Shown: positions 7,638-15,734 of the stretch, piece after piece
How the letters are laid out: each line of letters opens with the position of its first letter
Numbering within the stretch: position 1 is the first letter of the stretch
Origin: Massilicoli timonensis
Lineage (GTDB): Bacteria; Bacillota_I; Bacilli_A; Erysipelotrichales; Erysipelotrichaceae
Reading direction: 5' to 3'
Assembly (NCBI RefSeq): GCF_900199515.1
Contig: NZ_LT963434.1
Location: 1,682,180 to 1,714,179, forward strand
DNA length: 32,000 nucleotides
Position numbers and translations under genes: made by a program
Notes under the pieces: model-generated
What the model saw: only the letters and a program-made list of their open reading frames with translations
Databases searched by the model: none
What the model was told of the DNA's origin: nothing

Positions 7638-8129
7638 ATGGCAGAAAAGACTTGTTGTGTTACAGGACACAGAGATATACCGGCTGAACAGATAGATACC
7701 GTAAAATATGCTTTGCGGCGTGAAATTATAAAGGCGGTTTCGGATGGCTATACCGGGTTTATGACCGGTTTTGCGGATGGCGCGGACCAATACTTTGCGG
7801 AAATGGTCGTAAAGCTGCAAGAGGATTTTCCCAACCTGCGTCTGATTGCGGTGCTTCCCTATCGGAAACGGATGGACAGCTTAGAGTCCAGAGAGCAGAC
7901 AAAGGCGCTGCTTCATGCTTGCGCGGATGTCGTTGTCATTCAGGAGGAATACAGGCCCAATGTCTACGCCAAGCGCAACCGGTACATGGTGGAACACTCT
8001 GACCGGGTGATCGCCGTCTATGACGGGCGGGAAAAAGGTGGAACGGTAAATACGATTCGACTTACCCATAATATGAAGAAGGAATTGCGGGAGATTCCTG
8101 TGGGAGAAATCCGCGTACCAAGACTGTAG
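7638..8129 (+). CDS. SLOG-family protein (DUF1273 / YpsA-like).
   Basis: Contains CCVTGHRDIP...GFMTGFADGADQYFAE...NRYMVEHSDRVIAVYDGREKGGT, a pattern typical of DUF1273/YpsA-like SLOG proteins (from memory). Confidence 0.7.
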   Translation: MAEKTCCVTGHRDIPAEQIDTVKYALRREIIKAVSDGYTGFMTGFADGADQYFAEMVVKLQEDFPNLRLIAVLPYRKRMDSLESREQTKALLHACADVVVIQEEYRPNVYAKRNRYMVEHSDRVIAVYDGREKGGTVNTIRLTHNMKKELREIPVGEIRVPRL

Positions 8130-8156
8130 AATTAAATCATGGTAACTTTTATTGAC

Positions 8157-8183
8157 GCTCACTTGATAGTGGGCGTTTTCTTA
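8157..8183 (+). terminator. Rho-independent terminator after the SLOG gene.
   Basis: cgctcact-tgat-agtgggcg (8 bp, one G-T pair) followed by ttttctt. Confidence 0.6.
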
Positions 8184-8205
8184 TGCCGAAAAGGAGGGAT
8201 TTTTT

Positions 8206-8340
8206 ATGTGGAACCTGATAACACACTTTCTGACTTTTGCAGGGGGAATGTCTGCCGGCGTTGTACTGATGTGTCTTTTGCAGGCCGGAAAGCAGGCTGA
8301 CGAACAGATGGAGGAACTGGATAGGAGGAACATGGAATGA
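8206..8340 (+). CDS. Small hydrophobic protein (44 aa, one predicted TM). It is not in the ORF track.
   Basis: AAGGAGGG (8191-8198) lies 7 nt before the ATG at 8206. Sequence: MWNLITHFLTFAGGMSAGVVLMCLLQAGKQADEQMEELDRRNME. Its TGA overlaps the next ATG (ATGA at 8337-8340). Confidence 0.6.
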   Translation: MWNLITHFLTFAGGMSAGVVLMCLLQAGKQADEQMEELDRRNME

Positions 8341-9362
8341 ATCAGGAATTTGCAGAATATATCAAAAGCCATATCCGGGAATATCTGTCTCAGGATTATA
8401 ATGACGCGGATATAACCCTGGAAGAAGTTACGAAGGGAAATGACCGGACACTTACCGGACTTATCATCCGAAAAGGCGGGGAAATGACTGTCCCGACAAT
8501 CTATCTGGAACCTTTTGAGGCAGAAAACAAAAAAGGTCGTCCGTTGGATGATATAATGCGGCAGATTGCAGAAATCAGAATGGAAAATAGTGTGGGAAAA
8601 CTCTTTCATGTGGATGACCTGAAAGATTATGAAATAGTCAGACCTATGCTTATGATCCGCTTGTGTGACCCGGAAAAGAACAAGGAATATCTCAAAGGAA
8701 AGCCCTATACCATCTGCGGGGAATTGGCGGCAACTTACCGGATTCAGGTCATGGAGAACGAGGAAGGAGTCGCTTCTGTCGCAGTAACGGACAGTATGCT
8801 GAATTTGTGGGGGATTACGCCGGAGCAGCTTCATCGTGATACAGTTCATGCGGAAAATGCCAAAAATCCTGTTATGTTTTACAGCATGGAGGATTTAATG
8901 TCAGAGCTTATGTTTTCCGTTGAGCCGAAAAACCTTTTTGACAGCCCGGAGCCTGTAGATACCGATTTTACACCCATGTATGTCTTGACAAATCCTGGCA
9001 GGCAGGATGGCGCTGGGGTAATTGCGCGGGACGGGGTACTGGATAAAATCGGTGAATTGGTCGGAAAGAATTTCTATGTCCTCCCTTCGTCTGTCCATGA
9101 GGTGCTGATCGTACCGGAAAATGGAAATACGCAGGCAAAAGAGCTGGAGGATATGGTTCGGGAGGTTAATGCTACTCAGGTGGCGCCGGAGGATTTACTT
9201 TCGGATAAGGTACAGTATTATGACCGGGCAGCAAAAACCCTGGGACGGAAACAGGAAAAAGGGCTTTTGGAACGTCTTTCCGAAAACAAAGCGCAGGTCC
9301 GGGAAATGGCGGCAAAGATGCCGGAAGAAAGGCGTACTGTGAAACAGGAACCATGTTTGTAA
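8337..9362 (+). CDS. Conserved ICE protein of unknown function (I recall the family as DUF5688-like; unverified).
   Basis: 341 aa with clean coding character, translationally coupled to the small upstream ORF. The N-terminus is MNQEFAEYIKSHIREYLSQDYNDADITLEEVTKGNDRTLTGL... Confidence 0.7.
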   Translation: MNQEFAEYIKSHIREYLSQDYNDADITLEEVTKGNDRTLTGLIIRKGGEMTVPTIYLEPFEAENKKGRPLDDIMRQIAEIRMENSVGKLFHVDDLKDYEIVRPMLMIRLCDPEKNKEYLKGKPYTICGELAATYRIQVMENEEGVASVAVTDSMLNLWGITPEQLHRDTVHAENAKNPVMFYSMEDLMSELMFSVEPKNLFDSPEPVDTDFTPMYVLTNPGRQDGAGVIARDGVLDKIGELVGKNFYVLPSSVHEVLIVPENGNTQAKELEDMVREVNATQVAPEDLLSDKVQYYDRAAKTLGRKQEKGLLERLSENKAQVREMAAKMPEERRTVKQEPCL

Positions 9363-9363
9363 A

Positions 9364-9392
9364 GGGCAGCTATCCGGCTGCCCTTTTGTTTT
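9364..9392 (+). terminator. Rho-independent terminator.
   Basis: gggcagc-tatccg-gctgccc followed by ttttgtttt. Confidence 0.8.
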
Positions 9393-9413
9393 CAAGAAAT
9401 GGAGGTTACGAGA

Positions 9414-11522
9414 ATGAAGTTGGTAATTGCGGAAAAGCCCTCTGTCGCTATGTCGCTGGCGGCGGTGTTGGGTGCGAATGAGAAAAAGGACGGCTACATG
9501 GAAGGCGGCGGGTATCTGGTAAGCTGGTGTGTCGGCCATCTTCTGGAGCTGGCACAGCCAGAAGCCTACGGAGAACAATATGCCAAATGGCGCTATGGAG
9601 ATTTGCCGATTCTGCCGGAGGAATGGAAGTATGAAGTACCGAAGGATAAGAAAAAGCAGCTTGGCCTTCTCTGCCGGCTGATGAAGGACAAACGGGTGGA
9701 TTCGGTTGTATGCGCCACTGACGCCGGACGCGAGGGTGAGCTGATCTTCCGGCTGGTGTATGAGTATGCCGGGTGCGGCAAACCGATGGAACGCCTTTGG
9801 ATTTCCAGTATGGAGGATGCGGCAATCCGGGACGGTTTTGAGCATTTGCGTCCCGGCCATGAGTATGACCGGCTGTATGATGCCGCTGTGTGCCGGGCCG
9901 GGGCTGACTGGCTGATCGGCATTAACGCCACTCGCCTTTTTTCTGTCCTGTATGGCGTCACGCTCAATGTTGGGCGCGTCATGTCCCCTACGCTGGCCCT
10001 TCTGGTACAGCGGGAGGCGGAGATTCAGGCATTTACGAGCAAGCCCTTTTATATACCGGAAATTACCTGCGGCGGATTTACAGCTTCTGGCGAAAAGCTG
10101 TCCGGGAAAAATGAAGCTGAAGAAATCCGTATAGCATGTGACGGGAAGGACGCTGCGGTGCTGTCCGTGGAAAAACAGGTCAAAACAGTCCAGCCTCCCC
10201 GCCTCTACGATCTGACGACCTTACAGCGGGAATGTAACCGCATTTATGGATATACGGCCCAGCAGACCCTTGACTATATACAGTTTCTTTATGAGAAAAA
10301 GCTGGCGACCTATCCCCGGACGGACAGCCAGTATTTGACTGAGGATATGCAGGCCACCGCTGCTTCCCTGATCCTCTGGCTGCGGGAACATATGCCTTTT
10401 GGAAAAGGCTGTGCCGGAGAACCGGATATTGACCGCGTGACCGATGGCAGCAAAGTTACCGACCATCACGCTATCATTCCTACGGTGGAGATTGCCCGGA
10501 CAGATCTGTCGGAGCTTCCTTCCGGGGAGCGGAATGTACTGACGCTGATTGCTGCAAGGCTTCTTTGCGCAACAGCCAAGGCCAACCAGTTTGAAACGGT
10601 AACGGCTGTGTTGGACTGTGAAGGCTATTTCTTTACGGCAAAGGGAAAGACCATATTGCAGGCCGGATGGAAGGAGGTGGAACGCCTTTACCGCATGGGC
10701 TTGAAACAGGATAAGGCAGAAGAAAAAGAGGACGAGGACGCTGCTCTGCCTCCGCTGCAGGAGGGCCAGACCTTTGAAAAGGTATCTGCGGGCGTCCGGG
10801 AAGGCAAAACTTCCCCGCCGAAGCATTATACCGAAGATTCCCTACTGGCAGCTATGGAAACGGCAGGCGCCGGGGATATGCCGGAGGATGCCGAGCGTAA
10901 GGGCTTAGGTACGCCGGCCACCCGTGCGGCCACGCTGGAAAAACTGGTTTCTGCCGGTTTCGTGCAGAGGAAGAAAAAACAGCTTATTCCCACGGAAAAA
11001 GGTACGAATCTGATTCTGGTCCTGCCAGACAATATCAAATCGCCTATGCTTACTGCGGAATGGGAGTCCATGCTGAAACAGGTGGAGCGCGGCGAAGTTT
11101 CTGCGGAGGCTTTTATGGAGGGGATTGCGGATATGAGCCGTGCGCTTGTAAAAAAACATACTGCGCCGGAGGAACGGTTTGCCGGATTGTTCCCGGATGC
11201 GAAAGGAAATGGACGTGAGGCTGTCGGGACCTGCCCTCGCTGCGGAGGAACCGTGTATGAGGGCAAAAAGGGATTTTTCTGCGATAACCGGGATTGTTCT
11301 TTTGCGCTCTGGAAGGATAACAGGTTTTTTTCCAGTAAGAAAAAGACCATTACAAAATCTGTGGCGGCTGCACTTCTGAAAGAAGGCCGCGTTTCCATAT
11401 CCGGGCTTTACAGTGAAAAGACCGGAAGAAACTATGATGCGGAGGTAATTCTGGACGATACCGGCGGTAAATATGTCAATTTCAAGCTGGAATTTCCGGC
11501 GAGAAAAGGCGGCAAAAAGTGA
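9414..11522 (+). CDS. topB: DNA topoisomerase III (type IA) with C-terminal zinc ribbons.
   Basis: MKLVIAEKPSVA (Toprim), CATDAGREGELIF, the active-site region ATYPRTDSQYL, and C-terminal CPRCGG...FFCDNRDC. GGAGG lies 8 nt before the ATG at 9414. Confidence 0.9.
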   Translation: MKLVIAEKPSVAMSLAAVLGANEKKDGYMEGGGYLVSWCVGHLLELAQPEAYGEQYAKWRYGDLPILPEEWKYEVPKDKKKQLGLLCRLMKDKRVDSVVCATDAGREGELIFRLVYEYAGCGKPMERLWISSMEDAAIRDGFEHLRPGHEYDRLYDAAVCRAGADWLIGINATRLFSVLYGVTLNVGRVMSPTLALLVQREAEIQAFTSKPFYIPEITCGGFTASGEKLSGKNEAEEIRIACDGKDAAVLSVEKQVKTVQPPRLYDLTTLQRECNRIYGYTAQQTLDYIQFLYEKKLATYPRTDSQYLTEDMQATAASLILWLREHMPFGKGCAGEPDIDRVTDGSKVTDHHAIIPTVEIARTDLSELPSGERNVLTLIAARLLCATAKANQFETVTAVLDCEGYFFTAKGKTILQAGWKEVERLYRMGLKQDKAEEKEDEDAALPPLQEGQTFEKVSAGVREGKTSPPKHYTEDSLLAAMETAGAGDMPEDAERKGLGTPATRAATLEKLVSAGFVQRKKKQLIPTEKGTNLILVLPDNIKSPMLTAEWESMLKQVERGEVSAEAFMEGIADMSRALVKKHTAPEERFAGLFPDAKGNGREAVGTCPRCGGTVYEGKKGFFCDNRDCSFALWKDNRFFSSKKKTITKSVAAALLKEGRVSISGLYSEKTGRNYDAEVILDDTGGKYVNFKLEFPARKGGKK

Positions 11523-11911
11523 GCGGGCCGCCCTGCCGTGAACTAACACGGTCTGAACGCGCGGCAATCCGAAGGCTGGTAACATATTTCTGTGCCAACT
11601 ATGATGACCGGGATAAGCTCTGCCTACCCTTAGACTGTTCCTGCTATATGCTGAATAAATGGTGGACCGGCTCACTGTGCCGGTACTTCCGTAAGGCGGT
11701 GCTTCCAACCGATCCGTCTTTAGAATCTGCCATTACGGGCGAGGACACATCTATGAAACAGAAAATATGCCCGGTCTGCGGGAAGGCTTATCTTCCGACA
11801 ACCAGCCAGGCATATTGTTCCGATGCCTGCCGCACTTTTGCGAGACGGAAATCCGAGCGGGAACGCAAGCGCAGAAAGCGGCAGAATCAGGGTAATGTGT
11901 CCGCAACTTAA
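11519..11911 (+). CDS. Cysteine-rich VLP-domain protein.
   Basis: Contains CANYDD...CLPLDCSCYMLNKWWTGSLCRYFRKAVLP and ICPVCGKAY...CSDACR. The GTG start overlaps the topB stop. Confidence 0.7.
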   Translation: MSGPPCRELTRSERAAIRRLVTYFCANYDDRDKLCLPLDCSCYMLNKWWTGSLCRYFRKAVLPTDPSLESAITGEDTSMKQKICPVCGKAYLPTTSQAYCSDACRTFARRKSERERKRRKRQNQGNVSAT

Positions 11912-12011
11912 TGAAAAAAGGGCTTGATTTGTAAGGCTTTCGAGAGCCGGTTTGACAGGCGCCTATATTAGAATACTCATGGTCTCTGAAATGGGGCTAA
12001 GCTGCGGACAA

Positions 12012-12039
12012 AGGCGCTTTGGGAGGCGCTTATTTTTTT
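12012..12039 (+). terminator. Weak terminator-like hairpin with a T7 run in the 11912-12138 intergenic region.
   Basis: aggcgc-tttgggag-gcgctt (6 bp including one G-T pair) followed by a-ttttttt. Confidence 0.35.
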
Positions 12040-12138
12040 GTCTTCCCAGGGATGACGCCAGACCTTTGCAGGTCTGGCAGATCGTCCCCTTCGGGAACGG
12101 CTGCGCGGCTGTGCCGCTGTCAAACACAGTCAGGAGGG

Positions 12139-12663
12139 ATGCTTATAGAAAAAATACCGATTACAGCAGATATTATGCGGATTGATACAGGGACGCAGAC
12201 CGTTGATATGCAGCAGATTGATAACCGACGTTTTATGTTCGACCCAGATACAGGGATATTGATTTTAGGCCGGCAGTATGCGGAAACGGACCTTGTGAAT
12301 TCCAGTCATGCGGCAGAGCTGGCCGGCGCCGGGATTACAAAGAATTTTGATCATTTTATCCGCGGCTGGATTGGCACTGGCGGGGACTATCCAAAGGGAA
12401 TCATTCATTTTGCCCCTTGTGTGGACGCGAGGAACATAAAGCTGTTTGAACGGGCTTTTGACACATTGGAGATGTTTCGGGACAACGGCGCGCTGGCGGG
12501 GACGGTCATACGCGGATTCGGGAACCGCTGGGAGCAGCCTCTATCCGATATTCTCACGGATTGCCGGGAGGCGGAGCGGAAACCCTCTGTCCGGGAACAG
12601 CTAAAGAAAATGCCGGAAAGGAAAGCTGCCCGGCAGAATAAGGAAAATCAACAGGAACGATAG
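12139..12663 (+). CDS. Hypothetical protein carrying the shared KPSV...ER C-terminal tail.
   Basis: Coding-like from MLIEKIPITADIM. AGGAGGG directly abuts the ATG at 12139, so the exact start is uncertain. The upstream part of track ORF 12019 is not coding-like. Confidence 0.6.
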   Translation: MLIEKIPITADIMRIDTGTQTVDMQQIDNRRFMFDPDTGILILGRQYAETDLVNSSHAAELAGAGITKNFDHFIRGWIGTGGDYPKGIIHFAPCVDARNIKLFERAFDTLEMFRDNGALAGTVIRGFGNRWEQPLSDILTDCREAERKPSVREQLKKMPERKAARQNKENQQER

Positions 12664-12674
12664 GAGGCGATTTT

Positions 12675-13313
12675 TTGAGTATCAGCACGATTACAACAGA
12701 TGATTTGCTCTGCATGGAAAGCAAAGAAGGTCTGATTTTGATGGGCTGCGGCGGAGACTTACAGGAATGGGTGGACGGAATCAATGAGATGTTCACGGAA
12801 TCGGGGATTTTGAAAGGCGGCAGCAGGTTTGAGGATGTTTCCGCTTTCCAGTATGACGGCATGACTTGTCTGCTCTATCCTTTTGAGGGCGTGAATCTGG
12901 ATATTGGAAAACTTGCCATGTGGCGTTTGCAGACCCATGAGAATTTTGGCGGCACATGGCTGTCTGATTTTGTACCCAACCGTTTGGGCGGCTTTATCGG
13001 AGAACCTTCGCCGGAACCGGAGAAACCGGATTGCGCTCTGATCGGACAGGACGGGAATATTTTTAACCTGGTAGGAATTGCCGCCCGTACTCTCCGGGAA
13101 TATGGCCGGAAGGATCAGGCAAAGGAAATGACAGACCGGGTGTTTGCTTCCGGCAGCTATGGAGAGGCGCTTTGTATCATTGGCGAGTATGTCAATATCA
13201 CCGATTCCAAGCCAGAGACAGAGCGGAAACCCTCTGTCCGGCAGCACTTGAAGGAAACCAAATCCGTAGAACCGTCCGGTCATGTAAAACCGGGCCGGCA
13301 GCAGGAACGATAA
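12675..13313 (+). CDS. Hypothetical protein carrying the shared KPSV...ER C-terminal tail.
   Basis: The TTG start at 12675 lies 7 nt after GGAGG (12663-12667), which overlaps the previous stop codon. Confidence 0.7.
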   Translation: MSISTITTDDLLCMESKEGLILMGCGGDLQEWVDGINEMFTESGILKGGSRFEDVSAFQYDGMTCLLYPFEGVNLDIGKLAMWRLQTHENFGGTWLSDFVPNRLGGFIGEPSPEPEKPDCALIGQDGNIFNLVGIAARTLREYGRKDQAKEMTDRVFASGSYGEALCIIGEYVNITDSKPETERKPSVRQHLKETKSVEPSGHVKPGRQQER

Positions 13314-13327
13314 CAGGAGGATGCAAT

Positions 13328-14254
13328 ATGGAACAGACATACGGTGTATGGGCGGTGCGAAGCGCCGCCTCTATCTTTGGACATGCGGAAAGCTGGTGCA
13401 AGGAGGACGGCAAGCCTTTGGAATTTGACAGCCGTGAGGCTGCCGAAACCTATGCCAGAGAAATGAGCAGCAGGACAACGGCCAATGTGCATTACTATGT
13501 GAGGAACAAAGAGCCGGAACCCGGCGCGGTGAAAAAGCGTGCCGCTCAGCCGGATTTGGATGCCCGCGCTCACGCTGAAACCACGCCGCGGAATGAAGCA
13601 GCGGAAAAACAAAATGAGATTCCCGGCAGGCAGATTATAGCGGAGCCGGACCCGCTGGTGGAAATCCGGTCTGCGGTACACAGCAATTATGCGGGCATGG
13701 TCGCTATGATGGGAGCGGATAACCGAGTATATCTGGGAAAAGAGGAACGCTGCCACTATGAGGATATGCAGCCCTCCTATTATGACAATCAGGACGGTTC
13801 CTTGTGCTTTGTCTGCGACCAGCCGGATATGTATTATTTTCTTTATGGCGAGGGGTGGGTGCATACCCAGGACGAAATGCTGAACCGGGGACTTACCATG
13901 CGGCAGTATGAAGAATTTGCCAGACTTCGGGACGGAGTGCTGTCGCAGTTTACGCTAAGCAGGGAAATCCTGTTTGCGGGGCAGCCCTTCCAGCCGCCCG
14001 AAAGCTATCTGCGTAATGCGGAGCTTTACGAGGAAGGCCAGACGGGAAATTATAATATGCTGGACGGCAGGCTGAACAATGAGCCCCCTGTCCGTCCCGA
14101 CCTGACGGACGGACAGACTTATGAGGAAATAAAAGAGCTTGCCCCAGAGACTTTGCCGGGGGATAAACCGTCCCTTATGGAACGCCTGAAAGCGGACCGC
14201 CCGGAGCGCGATGCCAGGCAGATCGTACCGCCTGATTTGGAAAGGGAACGGTGA
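13328..14254 (+). CDS. Hypothetical protein carrying a variant of the shared C-terminal tail.
   Basis: AGGAGG (13315-13320) lies 7 nt before the ATG at 13328 (MEQTYGVWAV...). The track ORF start at 13172 overlaps the previous gene and is rejected. Confidence 0.7.
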   Translation: MEQTYGVWAVRSAASIFGHAESWCKEDGKPLEFDSREAAETYAREMSSRTTANVHYYVRNKEPEPGAVKKRAAQPDLDARAHAETTPRNEAAEKQNEIPGRQIIAEPDPLVEIRSAVHSNYAGMVAMMGADNRVYLGKEERCHYEDMQPSYYDNQDGSLCFVCDQPDMYYFLYGEGWVHTQDEMLNRGLTMRQYEEFARLRDGVLSQFTLSREILFAGQPFQPPESYLRNAELYEEGQTGNYNMLDGRLNNEPPVRPDLTDGQTYEEIKELAPETLPGDKPSLMERLKADRPERDARQIVPPDLERER

Positions 14255-14257
14255 TAA

Positions 14258-14953
14258 ATGGGAGTAAAATTCGAGAATATAGATATATTGGATGCTTTAG
14301 GTCAGATTATGGAGTTGCATACACAGCACTATAAAGATGACTTTGATATGGATAAAGAACTGATCCCCAAATTGGCAGAATCAGCGGACCCGGAGGACAG
14401 GCGCCTTCTCTGGATGTCAAGGCCCTGCGGCACCTATACCCTGCGGGAGCGGGAAGTCTATCTGGATGGCAGCTATGAAAATAATGTATGGAAATTTTAC
14501 CATGAGCAGACCAAAGACCCGGTTCTTGCCTTTGCCCTCTCCATAAAAGGGATTCAGGACGGCAAAGTGATGGGGAATCTTTATCCGCTGGATTATCCCG
14601 ACCATGTGGAGCGTGTAAAGCTGCTGACCTGCCCGATTGAAAAGGTAACGGTTACTTTCGAGGATGGCGCTGTTGTTACCATGCCGTATGAGACACGCAG
14701 ACGATTTATCAATGAGCTTTCGCCGGAGCATGGGAATCCCAAATTTATGCTCTACAGCCCCGGAAGTGAGCAGGAGCTTGCCATGATTCTGAAACGGGAG
14801 CGGTTTAAGCGTTCCTACCATGCAAAGCCCGGAAATATAAAAGAGTATATTGACGGCTTGCAGAAAGGCACTGTGCGCGGTCAGTTGAAGGAGCTGCAAC
14901 CGTCTGCTGTCTCTCATAAAACTACCCGCCACAAGAACGGGCCGGAACGATGA
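14258..14953 (+). CDS. Hypothetical protein carrying a variant of the shared C-terminal tail.
   Basis: The ATG is 3 nt after the previous stop. The stop overlaps the mobC start (ATGA at 14950-14953). Confidence 0.7.
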   Translation: MGVKFENIDILDALGQIMELHTQHYKDDFDMDKELIPKLAESADPEDRRLLWMSRPCGTYTLREREVYLDGSYENNVWKFYHEQTKDPVLAFALSIKGIQDGKVMGNLYPLDYPDHVERVKLLTCPIEKVTVTFEDGAVVTMPYETRRRFINELSPEHGNPKFMLYSPGSEQELAMILKRERFKRSYHAKPGNIKEYIDGLQKGTVRGQLKELQPSAVSHKTTRHKNGPER

Positions 14954-15294
14954 CAGGCAAGCGTGACAAGCACTCGGTACGGGTAGAATTTGTCGTTACC
15001 GAGCAGGAGGCGGTTCTCATAAAAGAGCGCATGGCGGAGCTGGGAATTACAAATCTTTCCGCATATCTGCGCAAGATGGCGGTGGACGGCTATATCATCC
15101 ATCTGGATATGAGCGATATTCAGGAAATGATACGGCTCCTTCGTATCTGCTCCAATAACTTAAACCAGTACACCCGGCGGGCCAATGAGACCGGCAGCGT
15201 CTATGCCGCCGATGTGGAGGATTTGTGCGCCAGACTGGACGGCCTGTGGGATGGTATGGAAAAGCTGCTTCGGGGATTTGCGAACATTTCATAA
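14950..15294 (+). CDS. mobC: MobC-family relaxosome accessory protein.
   Basis: Contains VRVEFVVTEQEAVLIKERMAELGITNLSAYLRKMAV...SNNLNQYTRRANETG, the typical MobC pattern. Confidence 0.85.
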   Translation: MTGKRDKHSVRVEFVVTEQEAVLIKERMAELGITNLSAYLRKMAVDGYIIHLDMSDIQEMIRLLRICSNNLNQYTRRANETGSVYAADVEDLCARLDGLWDGMEKLLRGFANIS

Positions 15295-15385
15295 ACAGAA
15301 AGAAAAACCGTTGCTTTTCCGAACCGGCCACAGTAAAATTTTGATAGAGGAACAGATCATGTTCCCACGAAAGGAGGCTTGGCTT

Positions 15386-15676
15386 ATGCGGCTGGTGTTC
15401 AAAATATTAGCGTTACCCTTTGTCCTGGTTACGGGAATCCTCTATCTGGTGTGCAAATTTCTGGTAATTACATCCGGGGCGGTGTTGGGAATCCTGTCCG
15501 GCATTGTTTTTCTGGCGTCGCTGGTTCTGTTCTTTGCTGCGGGCCTGTGGGCGGGGCTTTCTTGGCTGGTAATTGCATTTCTGATCAGCCCCTACGGTCT
15601 GCCGATGGCGGCGGCCTGGCTGACTGGAAAAATCGGCGGCATAAACTACGCGCTCAAGGATTTCATTTTTTCATAA
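15386..15676 (+). CDS. Small integral membrane protein (96 aa, about 3 TM).
   Basis: GGAGG (15373-15377) lies 8 nt before the ATG at 15386. Sequence begins MRLVFKILALPFVLVTGILYLVCKFLVITSGAVLGILSGIVFLASLVLFFAAGLW... Confidence 0.7.
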   Translation: MRLVFKILALPFVLVTGILYLVCKFLVITSGAVLGILSGIVFLASLVLFFAAGLWAGLSWLVIAFLISPYGLPMAAAWLTGKIGGINYALKDFIFS

Positions 15677-15684
15677 ACTTTTGC

Positions 15685-15716
15685 GGCGGGACATTTCGGT
15701 GTCCCGCCCTTTTCTT
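15685..15716 (+). terminator. Rho-independent terminator.
   Basis: ggcgggaca-tttcgg-tgtcccgcc (perfect 9 bp) followed by c-ttttctt. Confidence 0.85.
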
Positions 15717-15734
15717 ATATTCGGAGGTATCAGA

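Noticed and set aside
8181-8849. A 222-aa minus-strand ORF.
   Set aside because: It is antisense to the coupled 44-aa and 341-aa + strand genes and has no RBS or domain.
9195-11708. Several 125-267-aa minus-strand ORFs (9195-9860, 9448-9825, 9593-9982, 10221-10826, 10826-11398, 10905-11708).
   Set aside because: All are antisense shadows inside the topoisomerase III gene, whose identity is unambiguous.
11952-11974. TTGACA followed by TATATT/TAGAAT as a possible promoter for the tail-protein operon.
   Set aside because: The spacers are 6 and 11 nt, too short for a functional sigma-70 promoter. It is kept only as part of the structured-region finding.
12019-12138. N-terminal extensions of track ORFs (12019, 13172, 15185, 15681, 3190, 3837, 7547, 20736, 24996, 27000).
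   Set aside because: The extensions overlap upstream genes or structured intergenic DNA and lack RBSs. Internal starts with good Shine-Dalgarno spacing were preferred.
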